Virus record (IMG/VR): IMGVR_UViG_3300028920_001457
Coordinates: 1-64,000 of that record
DNA length: 64,000 bases
From: a virus
Reading direction: 5' to 3' (one strand)
Within the stretch, counting starts at the first letter, position 1; every line of letters begins with the position of its first letter. The position numbers and the translations under genes were made by a program. This document shows, piece by piece, positions 1-10,568 of the stretch. The notes under the pieces were generated by a model. The model was not told the origin of the DNA. It did no database searches and worked only from the letters and a program-made list of their open reading frames with translations.

Positions 1-1
1 T

Positions 2-85
2 ATCTATAGCTACAGCATAGGGTGCGTTGGTATATTCTGCCACAGCATCCTCAAATTGTTTTACTATCAAAAAGGGATTTGTCAT
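2..85 (-). CDS. DegT/DnrJ/EryC1/StrS-family sugar aminotransferase, N-terminal fragment (runs off window start)
   Basis: Manual translation MTNPFLIVKQFEDAVAEYTNAPYAVAID matches the FE..A.Y..A.YAVA start of this family; overlaps the stop of the upstream gene. Confidence 0.6.
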   Translation of the reverse strand, partial: MTNPFLIVKQFEDAVAEYTNAPYAVAID

Positions 86-594
86 ATCTTTGATATTATT
101 TTTGCGGGATTACCCACAGCATAAACATTAGCGGGCAGAGACTTAAAAACGACTGCCCCCGATGCCACAATGGTATTCTCTCCTATTTCAACACCTGGCA
201 TAACAAGCACATTGGCAAATAAGATAACGTTATTGTGTATCACTACACTCTTTTGGTATTCATGTTTGCGTCTTGAAAATGACCTGGCATGAGAAAATAT
301 CTGGACACCTGTAGCCAAAGAAACGTTATCACCTATTTCCACAAAACCAGAGTAGTCTATAAAGACATTACTCCCAAGAACCACACCGTCACCTATTGAT
401 ATTGTTCCTTCTAAGTTGTGGGATCGGTGTAGTGCCACATTGTGGTTAATAATGGGATTTGTTCCTATGTTAAAAAACTTTCGGTAAGCCCATGTTCTCG
501 TCCTCCATAAATATGGAAAGCTGAACCACTTTGAACCAAATAAAGTCCAAATAAACCTTGCTGTTAATTGTTGTTTTCTATATTTTTGCATCAT
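82..594 (-). CDS. Hexapeptide-repeat O/N-acetyltransferase
   Basis: IGD/IGE hexapeptide repeats and C-terminal VASGAVV...VGNPAKII. Confidence 0.85.
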   Translation of the reverse strand: MMQKYRKQQLTARFIWTLFGSKWFSFPYLWRTRTWAYRKFFNIGTNPIINHNVALHRSHNLEGTISIGDGVVLGSNVFIDYSGFVEIGDNVSLATGVQIFSHARSFSRRKHEYQKSVVIHNNVILFANVLVMPGVEIGENTIVASGAVVFKSLPANVYAVGNPAKIISKI

Positions 595-1306
595 CCCAAA
601 AATTTACATTTAACCATTCTTTTGTTGTCGTAAAATAATCATCCGTTAAATCTCTCGTAATGGTTCCTATCTTCTTTGCCTCAATATTTATTTTATTAAC
701 AATATCATCAATACCAAGCATAAAGGGGAACTTACCATCACCTATGGTATATCGTCCCATTTTCGCCAACTCTGTTGCTGTTGTGATGCCCATGTTTATA
801 CACGGTTTAATATTTACAAAACACCGATCATAATAATTTTCCTTAAAATATTCTATGGGATGTTTTGCATATCCGAGAATTATGTTATAATCTATTTGGT
901 CTTTTATCTCCATATAAAGGGGATAGCCGTACCTCTCCTGGTCTGCTGTCGATAACATATACCAATAGACATGTTCCCCTAGTGGATTTGGTTTGAACAT
1001 ACTAAAATCCTTAATTTCGAGCCTTAATTTTTTCTCTCTATACCCCCCCACATCTTTTTCTATGTCTGTGCCCGCCACTATAACATCTTTTCTCAGATTG
1101 AAAAACACATCCATAAGACGACCTGTGTTCCAAACTACCGCAAACCCCTTATGATCATTTATTTTGTCAACATCATCCATGTCATACACCCCGGCGAAAA
1201 AACAGGGAGCATTTTTGTCGCAATAGGTCTGTAACTCCCACCTTGACAAGAAACCACGCTCAAAGTGTTTTACGTGAGGTGAAAAATATGCTTGTTCAAT
1301 CAACAT
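578..1306 (-). CDS. Putative GT-B-like glycosyltransferase, paralog 1 of 3
   Basis: Paralogous to 2515-3249 and 6071-6808; C-terminal YYDRCFVNIKP...TATELAKMGR resembles the GT-B nucleotide-sugar binding region. Confidence 0.5.
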   Translation of the reverse strand: MLIEQAYFSPHVKHFERGFLSRWELQTYCDKNAPCFFAGVYDMDDVDKINDHKGFAVVWNTGRLMDVFFNLRKDVIVAGTDIEKDVGGYREKKLRLEIKDFSMFKPNPLGEHVYWYMLSTADQERYGYPLYMEIKDQIDYNIILGYAKHPIEYFKENYYDRCFVNIKPCINMGITTATELAKMGRYTIGDGKFPFMLGIDDIVNKINIEAKKIGTITRDLTDDYFTTTKEWLNVNFWDDAKI

Positions 1307-2492
1307 GAAATTCTATTTTTTCTGTTAGCATTTCAACAGTCTGTTCTGCTTCTGCGGCTGTTCTGCCCGTCACCACAACGTGTCCTATGCGGTCTGATCC
1401 AACAATAAATTTATTAACCTTATCGCCAATGTTTACATCAATTTTTAACTCTACCAGGTCTTTATGATATCTTACCCACCGTGGGATTATAATATCTCTT
1501 ATCACACCTGTCTTTTTCGACTGTAGTAAAAGGGCTGCATTAGGACGTCCCTTGCCTATTTTTATGTTTGTAAATTCACCCAGGGAAAGTTCTATGACAT
1601 ACCGATAAACATCGAAATTATAATATATAGAGATGTTTTCAGGCAGACATGTCGCCCCCATTCGTGCACCAATTTCCAATATATAGGGTTTCCCCTTAAC
1701 CATAATAAGGTCTACGTTGGCCACACAGTCCCTTATCCCCAATGCCCTAACCGCCTTTGAAACCAATATGTCTGCTTCTTGTTGCTGTGTTTTGCTTAAA
1801 TCAGCAGGCATGGAATGTCCTATCGGGGTACTTTGTGGGGGTGGTGATACGGTATCATTATGATAAAAACAAAAAACAAGTTGTCCTTCTCTTACAAACG
1901 CTTGCGATCCGAATTCAATACCCTCTAAATATTGTTCAATAATAATTTCATTTCTTTTTGTTACCCCCCTGGCATTATCCCACGCAACAGACAATTCCTC
2001 TTTTCTATTTACCTTAATAACCCCGCGGCTACCTGAGCTATCTACAGCCTTTACCATCACGGGATAACCTATATTGTCAGCAAACTGGTTGGCGTCAACA
2101 AGTTGGTCAAAAACCCCAAAGTCTGCCGTGGACACACCATGTTCTTTAAATAATCTTTTCATATTGCTTTTTATCGAACTGTTTACTGCCACATCATAAC
2201 CCGACCCCCTCAATCCAAGGCTATCTATAACACTACCCATTGCCGGCACACAAACATCTGTCCCTGTGGTTATGATACCATCAATATTAAATTCCCTTGC
2301 CACACTAATAATTCTGTCGGCGTTTCTTGTGTCACTGTCTATGAAAACATCTCCTGCATGTATGCCGGGGTATCCCGCAGGACTTACCACTATCACAAAC
2401 AAACCCATATCTTTGGCTTTCTTTATCAGGGGTACTTGGTACGTCCCCGCACCCAAAATCATTAATCTTTTTGTCTTGGAAATATTATCCAT
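1296..2492 (-). CDS. ATP-grasp ligase (carbamoyl-phosphate-synthase/biotin-carboxylase-like, glycan-locus type)
   Basis: ILGAGTYQ, GYPVMVKAVDSSGSRGV, IIEQYLEG, ILEIGARMG. Confidence 0.85.
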   Translation of the reverse strand: MDNISKTKRLMILGAGTYQVPLIKKAKDMGLFVIVVSPAGYPGIHAGDVFIDSDTRNADRIISVAREFNIDGIITTGTDVCVPAMGSVIDSLGLRGSGYDVAVNSSIKSNMKRLFKEHGVSTADFGVFDQLVDANQFADNIGYPVMVKAVDSSGSRGVIKVNRKEELSVAWDNARGVTKRNEIIIEQYLEGIEFGSQAFVREGQLVFCFYHNDTVSPPPQSTPIGHSMPADLSKTQQQEADILVSKAVRALGIRDCVANVDLIMVKGKPYILEIGARMGATCLPENISIYYNFDVYRYVIELSLGEFTNIKIGKGRPNAALLLQSKKTGVIRDIIIPRWVRYHKDLVELKIDVNIGDKVNKFIVGSDRIGHVVVTGRTAAEAEQTVEMLTEKIEFHVD

Positions 2493-2514
2493 GGTTTTAT
2501 AATTAATAAATATC

Positions 2515-3249
2515 TTATTGCCAAAAACTTATTTTTTTCCATCTATCGTCTGTAATCTGAAACCCGTCCATCATTGATGGCTGAATAGTTCCTATTTTGT
2601 GACTTTCTTCATTAATCATGTCCACCATATTGCCACGTCTGAGCATCGGGTATTGTGCATTGGATGTCGTGAGACTCATGCGTCCCATATATCCAAGTTC
2701 AAATGCCGTAGTAAACCCACAACGTCCCGACAATGAGAGATTGAGATTCGCAAAACACTTGTCGTAATATTCTTTCTTATAATCAATATTTTTGCCAGCA
2801 AGTCCATATAATATATCATATTTAACTAACTTTTTCAATTCCTCTGCTTGTCGATAGCCATAGAGGTTTCTCGAGCTCCCTGCACCTAAATAAATATATA
2901 TCTTATCGCCCATGATATTGGGGGTAAACTCGCTATAATCTTTTATTGCTATGTGAACATTTTTCACATTCGCCCCTTGTGGGAAATGACAATAAAAGCG
3001 GTTAATAAAAACAGTATCAGGGGCAAGTGCTCTTATATATTCATTATTTCTCTTAACATCTGGTGTTCCTGTCTGCCAAAGCACTTTAAACCCGCTGTGT
3101 TTTCTTATTATATTGAAATCCGTGTCATCATATAATCCAATAAACACACAGGGTTCTTGGCAATTCATATAACTATTCATCCCCCACTTTGCGGCAAACA
3201 ACTTTTCAAAATGAGCCACCCTACTTGAAAATCTATATTGCGTTATCAT
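2515..3249 (-). CDS. Putative GT-B-like glycosyltransferase, paralog 2 of 3
   Basis: Shared motifs Q.RFS..V.HFE, IKD(F/Y)S.F.P...G.K.Y.Y, YYDKCF.N, TAFELGYMGR. Confidence 0.5.
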   Translation of the reverse strand: MITQYRFSSRVAHFEKLFAAKWGMNSYMNCQEPCVFIGLYDDTDFNIIRKHSGFKVLWQTGTPDVKRNNEYIRALAPDTVFINRFYCHFPQGANVKNVHIAIKDYSEFTPNIMGDKIYIYLGAGSSRNLYGYRQAEELKKLVKYDILYGLAGKNIDYKKEYYDKCFANLNLSLSGRCGFTTAFELGYMGRMSLTTSNAQYPMLRRGNMVDMINEESHKIGTIQPSMMDGFQITDDRWKKISFWQ

Positions 3250-3922
3250 TATGAATAAATTTTATTGCATCCTTGCCTGTATTAAAAATCAAATCCACAA
3301 TACTCACATTGGGTTGAAAATCCCCATAGAGTTGCGGATATTCGGGATAACTATAATCCATCCAGTGTACATCTATACCTATTCCCCTGAAATCATTATC
3401 GGTGATGTAGTTTCTTGCCGCCGGCCCACAATAATAATCCGTGGCGCCAACCTCTTTTAGAATATTAAGAATCCTCCCTTTCCGCGTCCCTGTTTGTGTA
3501 TAATGGCGGGAGTCATCAAGGATTGTTGTTATCCCCATATAGTGGCATATATTTTCTATGAAATATTGATTAAGCTCGGATAATGTTTTATATTCTGCCT
3601 GGAAATATAATTTTTCAAACAATAGGCGCACATCATCAAAATGTGACGACTTCCAATATGAACTATATATATGTTGCCAATGTTCATACTGCCACTGCGT
3701 GGCTGGTAGTAAAACATCGCATGTCTTCACATCTCTCTTTATGTGTCCCACGGGTATGGTCAGCCATTTCAATCCGTCTTTTGTCTTTATTTTATTACGG
3801 TTGCGCCAATCACGCACCGTGTATTGCACATCATCATAAAAAATAAATAAATCACATTTATTTATTATATCGAAATAACCACGCCAGGGAATATAGTTAC
3901 TTTGTGATATTCCTACTTTCAT
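3233..3922 (-). CDS. WbqC-like family protein
   Basis: QSNYIPWRGYFDII...DDVQY...WRNRNKI...WLTIPV; YPQLYGDF.PNVSIVDLIFN. Confidence 0.9.
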   Translation of the reverse strand: MKVGISQSNYIPWRGYFDIINKCDLFIFYDDVQYTVRDWRNRNKIKTKDGLKWLTIPVGHIKRDVKTCDVLLPATQWQYEHWQHIYSSYWKSSHFDDVRLLFEKLYFQAEYKTLSELNQYFIENICHYMGITTILDDSRHYTQTGTRKGRILNILKEVGATDYYCGPAARNYITDNDFRGIGIDVHWMDYSYPEYPQLYGDFQPNVSIVDLIFNTGKDAIKFIHNDNAI

Positions 3923-4556
3923 AATTTAAAAATATTCTTCTGTCATCAAAACCATTTTCTTTATATACAAAAATAGTAAATTCAAATGGCATATAATCAT
4001 TTCTTAGCACCACATTACGTGAATAGGTATACGCTATTGTTAGTATTGTTTCGGGCGAACTGTGAAAATGGTGTTTTATTTTCCATTCTACCTTATCTGA
4101 TAAGAAGTTAAAACAAACCCCCTCGTTACACATAGACAGGGCTTTTCTGAAATACTTATTAATAAGTCCGTACCCACCCTCGAAAACATTAAATATGCCC
4201 GATCCTATTATGATATCAAATTTTTCGTCTGTACCAAATGTCGTAAAATCAGCATTAATAAATCTTTTTTTGTATTTTTTTCTGGCAAGGTTTATCATAC
4301 CTGGCACTACGTCTATCCCCGTATACCTGCAATTTTTGTCCTCGACATAAGCGTTCAAGTCACCATAGCCGCATCCTATGTCAAGGATGTTTTTATTATT
4401 AAAATCAAATCCAGATAAAATAATTTCTTTTCTTATCTTATCTGCTCCGTGATTCCACCCAAGCGAGAGAATAGAATCACCATGTTTTTGTAAAAGCTCC
4501 GAATATCTGTCAAATGCTTCCATGGTTTTATCTGTTAATTTCACCCTTGTTATCAA
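3897..4556 (-). CDS. Class I SAM-dependent methyltransferase
   Basis: ILDIGCGYGD, YTGIDVV, DIIIGSGIFN; true start may be MEAF. Confidence 0.85.
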   Translation of the reverse strand: MITRVKLTDKTMEAFDRYSELLQKHGDSILSLGWNHGADKIRKEIILSGFDFNNKNILDIGCGYGDLNAYVEDKNCRYTGIDVVPGMINLARKKYKKRFINADFTTFGTDEKFDIIIGSGIFNVFEGGYGLINKYFRKALSMCNEGVCFNFLSDKVEWKIKHHFHSSPETILTIAYTYSRNVVLRNDYMPFEFTIFVYKENGFDDRRIFLNYESRNITK

Positions 4557-5139
4557 AGTTTTCTGTTATTGATACCCATACCTGATGGTCATTGATTAAT
4601 ACTTGGAAATCACCTTTTAAAGAATCAATAAACCATTGATTAAGTAACAAGCAGCCTGTTTTAAAGATGACTTCATTGCATGTTTCGGTATTTCTAAATA
4701 CTGCCTGTGCCAATATCATCCCCGCATCAATATCATTTGTAACGCGATGTAGTGTTGTACCTGTAAATCTCTCCCCCCGCTGTCGTCCTTCAGGCAGATA
4801 TTTTAGTCCGATAACGCCACGATAGGCGGGCAAGAGGGAATAATGAATATTGATAAACTCTATTGGTAATGATAAGACCTCGGGTTTTAATATTCTCCAG
4901 CATGTGGTAATAACCACATCGGGATTCATCCGATTTAGTGTTTTGATTAAATCCCCCTGCTCATTAAAATTCACCACAATATGGTCAATCGTCATCTTCC
5001 TTGCATATTCCACAGCCCCACATTCCCTATCGCCAATAACCCCGACAACTATTACGCCCAAATCATCCTGTCGGGCATGAACATGTTTTAATGTTCCACC
5101 CCCAGATGACACCAAAAAAACAACCCTTTTTATCATCAC
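4528..5139 (-). CDS. Formyltransferase (PurN/sugar N-formyltransferase fold)
   Basis: INIHYSLLPAYRG, TGTTLHRVTNDIDAGMIL. Confidence 0.85.
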   Translation of the reverse strand: MMIKRVVFLVSSGGGTLKHVHARQDDLGVIVVGVIGDRECGAVEYARKMTIDHIVVNFNEQGDLIKTLNRMNPDVVITTCWRILKPEVLSLPIEFINIHYSLLPAYRGVIGLKYLPEGRQRGERFTGTTLHRVTNDIDAGMILAQAVFRNTETCNEVIFKTGCLLLNQWFIDSLKGDFQVLINDHQVWVSITENFDNKGEINR

Positions 5140-6065
5140 ACATCAATATATTCACATGTTCCTGCCTGCCAGTCCACACAATTCCTACACATTTCCGGCA
5201 GGTTATTCCACATTTCTGATTGTTGTAATACCCTGTATAGCCTCATTCCTTTCCATGCTTCTTGGATTGTCTGTTTGTTAATATCCCCACATGGCACATC
5301 CGCATCCATATCATTGGCACAATAGGCGACAATACCCTTGTCGGTAATAGCCATAACCTGCATATTCCAATAACAGGGATAACGACTTGTGGGTGGGTGT
5401 TTCTGTTGTGGTAACTTATTAATCCAAGTAAGCATAGGGCGTATCTTGACGGTAACATCATAGTCAGACCAGAATTCTATGAAATCTTCCTTTTCCTGCC
5501 TGTTTCCGTTCATTTCTACAAATTGGATAAAAATATCAGGATGGGTTTTCCCCATTTCTTTTTTTAATTTTACCAGATACAAAATATTAGCGACAACCTT
5601 ATGATAGTCACCCCCAACACGATATTTCTTATATACATCCACCGATGCGGCGTCTACCCCGAAATAAATAGCATCCAAATCTGAATTTATTATATTACGT
5701 GCAGTAGCCTTATCCATCAAATTACCGTTCGAGTTTAATACCACATCTGTCAGTCCCTTGGATTTAGCATAACGAATCATTCTGAAAATATTATTATCAA
5801 GATTTATGTCTCTTATTATAAATGGTTCACCAAAGTATATTAACCAAACACGTATATCTTTATTTTTCATAGCCACCTCATCAATGATTTTTGTATAAAG
5901 TGACCAGGGCATAATACCTTTTTCTCGCTTCATATCTTTATGAAAACACATACTGCATTTAAAGTTACAATAGCTACATGTATCAATAAGCAAAACCCGC
6001 GGAAAATCACCGGGGTCTTCCCTACGTGAGCGTATCCATCCTTCCCTATCCTTGTTTATCTCCAT
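5136..6065 (-). CDS. Radical SAM protein with SPASM/Twitch domain
   Basis: CNFKCSMC (CxxxCxxC), GEPF, C-terminal PC...YC...CRNC. Confidence 0.9.
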   Translation of the reverse strand: MEINKDREGWIRSRREDPGDFPRVLLIDTCSYCNFKCSMCFHKDMKREKGIMPWSLYTKIIDEVAMKNKDIRVWLIYFGEPFIIRDINLDNNIFRMIRYAKSKGLTDVVLNSNGNLMDKATARNIINSDLDAIYFGVDAASVDVYKKYRVGGDYHKVVANILYLVKLKKEMGKTHPDIFIQFVEMNGNRQEKEDFIEFWSDYDVTVKIRPMLTWINKLPQQKHPPTSRYPCYWNMQVMAITDKGIVAYCANDMDADVPCGDINKQTIQEAWKGMRLYRVLQQSEMWNNLPEMCRNCVDWQAGTCEYIDV

Positions 6066-6070
6066 AAATG

Positions 6071-6808
6071 TTAACTAATCCAAAAATTTTCGTCCTTCCA
6101 TTCATCGCCTGTGTCAAAAAAATCTCCCACAACAGATGGCTGTATTGTACCTATTTTCTTGCTCTCAGCCATAACAACAGAAAGCATTTCATCAATATCT
6201 GAGTACTTAATACAAAAGGGGGCATCCCTGTTGGATATAGTCATCCGCCCCATATATGCCATTTCTATGGCCGATGTGTTTCCGCCATAAATGGTTGGTT
6301 TTATATTAACGAAAGACCGTGAATAGTAATTATCCATAACATACTTTATGTCATGCTGATGAAACCCAATGATAATTTCAAAGGGTGATTTTTTACGAAA
6401 AGCGTCAATTATACTGTATCCATATTCCTCTTTCATTCTCTCGTTTCCAACATAACAGTATATTTTATCTCCAAGTGGTACGGGAGTAAAGAGAGAAAAG
6501 TCTTTTATGGGGAATGCGGCTCGTTTTGTCTTGTAAATACCATTTTCGGGAATTCCCTGTTGCTGACTTGCTATGTGTACAACGACCCCCCGTGGGTTTA
6601 TCTTAAAAAAACAATCCCTTAACCGTCCTGTGTTTCTCACTACCTTAAATGCCCTGTGGTTATTTATCGCATTAACATCATCCATATCATAGACACCAAC
6701 AAATAATGATGACTCATTGGGATTAAAGTATGGTACTACATCCCACTTATCACAAAAACCCTTCTCAAAGGACTTTACCTTATCAGAAAACCTTACTTGC
6801 CGAATCAT
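6071..6808 (-). CDS. Putative GT-B-like glycosyltransferase, paralog 3 of 3
   Basis: GVYDMDDV identical to paralog 1; FVNIKP...AIEMAYMGR; KKIGTIQPS. Confidence 0.5.
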   Translation of the reverse strand: MIRQVRFSDKVKSFEKGFCDKWDVVPYFNPNESSLFVGVYDMDDVNAINNHRAFKVVRNTGRLRDCFFKINPRGVVVHIASQQQGIPENGIYKTKRAAFPIKDFSLFTPVPLGDKIYCYVGNERMKEEYGYSIIDAFRKKSPFEIIIGFHQHDIKYVMDNYYSRSFVNIKPTIYGGNTSAIEMAYMGRMTISNRDAPFCIKYSDIDEMLSVVMAESKKIGTIQPSVVGDFFDTGDEWKDENFWIS

Positions 6809-7544
6809 GTCTTTTTTTTATAAATCTCAAAAACTGTTCGTCTTGTGCTTGTTTTATCCATGGTGTAAAGGAAATGTGTGACACTATATTATTAACATCA
6901 ATGATTATTGGCTTCCCGTTTTCCATGAGAAAGTCCACATCCCCGTAGTCAAACCCAAAAAGCTGACAATTATAGTCAAATTCCTCCTGCATTTGCGGGG
7001 TAAATATTTCCCGCACATGTACCCACTCATGCGTAACATAGTCGTAATTATAGTCGGGATGTCCAAACAAAGTTCTTTTCCGTTGCTTCAGGATGTATTC
7101 TATCCCATCTGCATAATAAATACGATACTTAACAAATAGGTCGCGTTCCTTGTCCTCTATGTATCTTTGATATACATAACCCTTCCTGCGTGGTGCGGGA
7201 CATTTGATAAGACTATGTAGGGCATGTTGTCCTTGTTTTTCGGCTTTTTCCACACACACGCCCTCGTGTGTTTCGGGGTTAATGCTAATGTCATTAAAAA
7301 TATCATTGACTTTTTCTTTACTTATGTCCCAACAGCCGCGGTTTATGACATTGGGTTGTGTTAGGGTAAACATATCCGGCTGTATTTGTTTTTCACAGTA
7401 ACTCCAGAAAAAATGCAAGTCGTAATGTTCCTTGGGATTACTATGAAAGGGAATCCCATATTCCATACAAATACGATGCACCCTTGATTGTGGCACCGCT
7501 TTGTTTGGTTCTGGATAAAATAATATTGTTGGATACTTACTCAT
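6783..7544 (-). CDS. ATP-grasp-like protein (RimK-like fold)
   Basis: YVYQRYIE, KYRIYY, FDYGDVDFL, IIIDVNN. Confidence 0.55.
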   Translation of the reverse strand: MSKYPTILFYPEPNKAVPQSRVHRICMEYGIPFHSNPKEHYDLHFFWSYCEKQIQPDMFTLTQPNVINRGCWDISKEKVNDIFNDISINPETHEGVCVEKAEKQGQHALHSLIKCPAPRRKGYVYQRYIEDKERDLFVKYRIYYADGIEYILKQRKRTLFGHPDYNYDYVTHEWVHVREIFTPQMQEEFDYNCQLFGFDYGDVDFLMENGKPIIIDVNNIVSHISFTPWIKQAQDEQFLRFIKKRHDSASKVF

Positions 7545-8127
7545 CTTTACAGTATTTATTGTAATTAGTTTCTATTGTGGACACATCGCTACGTGTACAT
7601 GTGTCTGACTGTGTTTGTATCTGTGTGGCCACCATAGGGAAAGTGACGAAGCAATTAAATTGTGGCTGTACGACAGTGGCAAGATAGTCATCATATTTTC
7701 TTATGTGATGTTCATGTGATAAAATATGTTCTACCGCCCCACCGGTGCGGTTACGCCAAATAATTGCATGTGTGACATGTGCATTATTTAACATAAACAG
7801 GTTTTCCGAATACCGTTTCTGTGGTTCTTTGGGTGACGCTCCAAGATACAAACAATCCCAGTCGTCGGGTAGTTGTTCAAAAGATTTATGTAAGACAGAC
7901 AATCCCCGCAAAACCTTAATGTCGTCTTCATATATGCCAAACATATTTTCATCATTACACATACGCATGATTTCCAAATGGGATTTTGCACATCCCACCC
8001 ATCCTGGTTTTATATCGTATGCGGCAAACCGCTCAACATCAATACCCAATTTGTGAAATTCATTTTGAACATAATTCCATCTCTCGGGTCGTCTATCAAG
8101 ATTTATACAGAAATTACGCATTATCAC
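7537..8127 (-). CDS. Glycosyltransferase family 25
   Basis: CINLDRRPERW, GCAKSH, IYEDD, WDCLYLG. Confidence 0.85.
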   Translation of the reverse strand: MIMRNFCINLDRRPERWNYVQNEFHKLGIDVERFAAYDIKPGWVGCAKSHLEIMRMCNDENMFGIYEDDIKVLRGLSVLHKSFEQLPDDWDCLYLGASPKEPQKRYSENLFMLNNAHVTHAIIWRNRTGGAVEHILSHEHHIRKYDDYLATVVQPQFNCFVTFPMVATQIQTQSDTCTRSDVSTIETNYNKYCKDE

Positions 8128-8402
8128 CAGTATAAAAGTACATCCTGTATGTTCAGGAGATAATAGTCATCATCTTCATATCTTACTTTCATAGGTGCTC
8201 TTGGCGGATAGAACACATGTTGTCCTTCTTTAAGGGGTACGGGTATCTTATCTGTGCCCTCGCCCACCAATACCACAATGCCATGTGATGTCACCTCTTC
8301 GGTTGTCGTAGGTATGATAATCCCACTTGCCGTTTCTTTCTGTACTTCCTCGACCCGCTTTACCAATATCTTTGTCGGCAGTATATGTTTTTCTTTTATC
8401 AT
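8124..8402 (-). CDS. groES: Co-chaperonin GroES (Cpn10)
   Basis: KILVKR...ETASGIIIP...GIVVLVGEG...DVL. Confidence 0.9.
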   Translation of the reverse strand: MIKEKHILPTKILVKRVEEVQKETASGIIIPTTTEEVTSHGIVVLVGEGTDKIPVPLKEGQHVFYPPRAPMKVRYEDDDYYLLNIQDVLLYW

Positions 8403-9190
8403 GGTCTTTGTTCTTTAAGTTTTTTTATCGTTTCTTTAATAGCGTGAATCTTATTTACGATATCGGCTATATAATCATATAACGATTGTAACTTTTTGTC
8501 TTTGTATGTACCCGCCCTGAAATCGCCTTCATTCTCATCAAATAAGGCATATTTATCGGGCATCTTCTTTTGCAAGGTATCCAGTTGCTTGTTTAGTGCA
8601 TTAGCTTCCTTCTGTAATTCTTTTATCCTAAACCGTCTTTCGTTTCTTGTCATGCCAGTAGGTTTTCAAATTCTTTTTCCTCGAATGATATTATGTCTGT
8701 CCGTACAAAACGATAGCTTATATCATCATTATCCACGAATGTAATCGTTCCAAAACGATCTACGTGAAGTACGGTACCATAAAACTGTTTGCGGTATTCC
8801 TCAGAACCCGCCACAAGCTCACCAAACTTGCCTTCGTCTTCTTTTTTAATTATCCTGTTCATAGTTCTTTATAATAAATCCCAGATTCTCTTTTTTTCGC
8901 CATTTATTTCAATTTCATCCTGAAGTCGATAACCCTCAATCCCTATCGGCTGATCCCTCTTTGTGCGTACAAAAACACCATAACACGCCCATAAAGCACA
9001 CACTTCAAACAAAAAATTTGATACTCTCTCCTGTGGTTGCCCCGCAATAGTATTGTATTTAAGTGCTTTCTTATGTATCTCATGCAGGCGTTCTTTTACA
9101 TATTTGGTTGTTGGTAGTCCCTTTGCACGACATATATCCCCCATCATAAGACTATAATATGTACGATACAAAATAGGGTCGGCAATATCT

Positions 9191-9658
9191 TCATTCGCAT
9201 AACTCATCCAATGAGGCGTCTGTCGCCAGATAAAAATCATTATAGTAGTCAGGCATTTCTTTGGGCTCTATGTGACCCGATGCGGCTGCCTGACCAATAA
9301 CACGTATCACCTCTTTTCTTAAACTTATTTTTAAGCTAAGCAATTCTGCGGGTGTGAGGCTTACCTTTGCCCTTGATGCTGCCGATTTGGTTTCTGTCGG
9401 TTCTTGTGGCGGTGCTGACTGTTCCTTTATTTCCTCCCCAACCCGCGTAAGGGTAAATAGATTATATTCGCCCTTGGGTGATTTCTTAACCTCAAGGGTA
9501 TAATCCACTTTCTCGCCCTCTTGGTATTCCCATGGTTTGTCGTTGGTTATGAATCCCTCCTTGCCGTCCGAAAGAAAGAACCTCCATCCTTTCTTCCCGT
9601 TTCTTTTAGTAAACTCTTCTACTTTGTTAATTGTAACCATAATTCTTGTTTTTTGCAA
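9191..9658 (-). CDS. Hypothetical protein, possibly OB-fold ssDNA-binding
   Basis: Beta-rich aromatic N-terminal domain plus flexible linker; function is a guess. Confidence 0.35.
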   Translation of the reverse strand: MQKTRIMVTINKVEEFTKRNGKKGWRFFLSDGKEGFITNDKPWEYQEGEKVDYTLEVKKSPKGEYNLFTLTRVGEEIKEQSAPPQEPTETKSAASRAKVSLTPAELLSLKISLRKEVIRVIGQAAASGHIEPKEMPDYYNDFYLATDASLDELCE

Positions 9659-9676
9659 ATTTAATATATTAATTCC

Positions 9677-10273
9677 TTATTCTATTTCGTATTGGTCGAG
9701 AAATTCTTCCATGTTTGCATTGGATGTATATGCATCGGATACATAATATCCACAAAGAAATTCCTTAAATTCTTCTCTCGTCTTTGGCAGTTTTTTCTTA
9801 TCGGGGATAATCTCTGCGAATTTGCCTTGATCGTAGGGATAAATTGTGTAGTTACCTTCTCCCAGATATCGCATTGTATCGCCTTCTGGTTCATATGATA
9901 AAAATTCTTTAACAATATCTGATGTACCATCATCAAATGTTTGTACTAAAATTCTCTTCCCGATATATTTATCGCAAATCTCTTTCAGGTGAGCTTCGAT
10001 TTCTTCTTTGGTAACTGAAATAAGGTTATTTTTATGGCAATGCCATACTATATCGTAAATATTATGCCAACTCTTAAAGACTTGTCCATAAACTTTGTCG
10101 CCTTCAAAATGGTGAATTAAGAAAGGATAGATTCCACCACTCGTTTTAAATCCTGCCCATTGTCCTACTTTAAATTCAGGCTTAAATTCAGGCTTATGCT
10201 TTTCTTCATAGTCCTTGCAGATTGTTTCAACTGCATCAAAAATTTGTTTTTTTAATTCATTTACATTTTCCAT
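9677..10273 (-). CDS. Hypothetical phage protein
   Basis: 198-aa ORF in a co-oriented gene run. Confidence 0.6.
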   Translation of the reverse strand: MENVNELKKQIFDAVETICKDYEEKHKPEFKPEFKVGQWAGFKTSGGIYPFLIHHFEGDKVYGQVFKSWHNIYDIVWHCHKNNLISVTKEEIEAHLKEICDKYIGKRILVQTFDDGTSDIVKEFLSYEPEGDTMRYLGEGNYTIYPYDQGKFAEIIPDKKKLPKTREEFKEFLCGYYVSDAYTSNANMEEFLDQYEIE

Positions 10274-10568
10274 GATTAATACATTTTATACATTGTTCGA
10301 TTATAATAATATTCTGCATACATTTCCGTGATGTCTTTATAGATAAATTCTTTATACATATCTTTTTTTAAGTCAAGAGTATCTATGTAGTGTAATAACT
10401 CTCGTGCGAACCAGGTGCGGTGTTGCCACTCATACTTGCGTATCTTTCTGCACATTTCTAAGAACTCCCAATTCCACCAATGGGTACATATCTCATGTAT
10501 CTTGCCATAGTCAGTAATGCCACGAGAAGACTTCTTCTTTATTATATCAGATATTTTATGTTTCTTTC

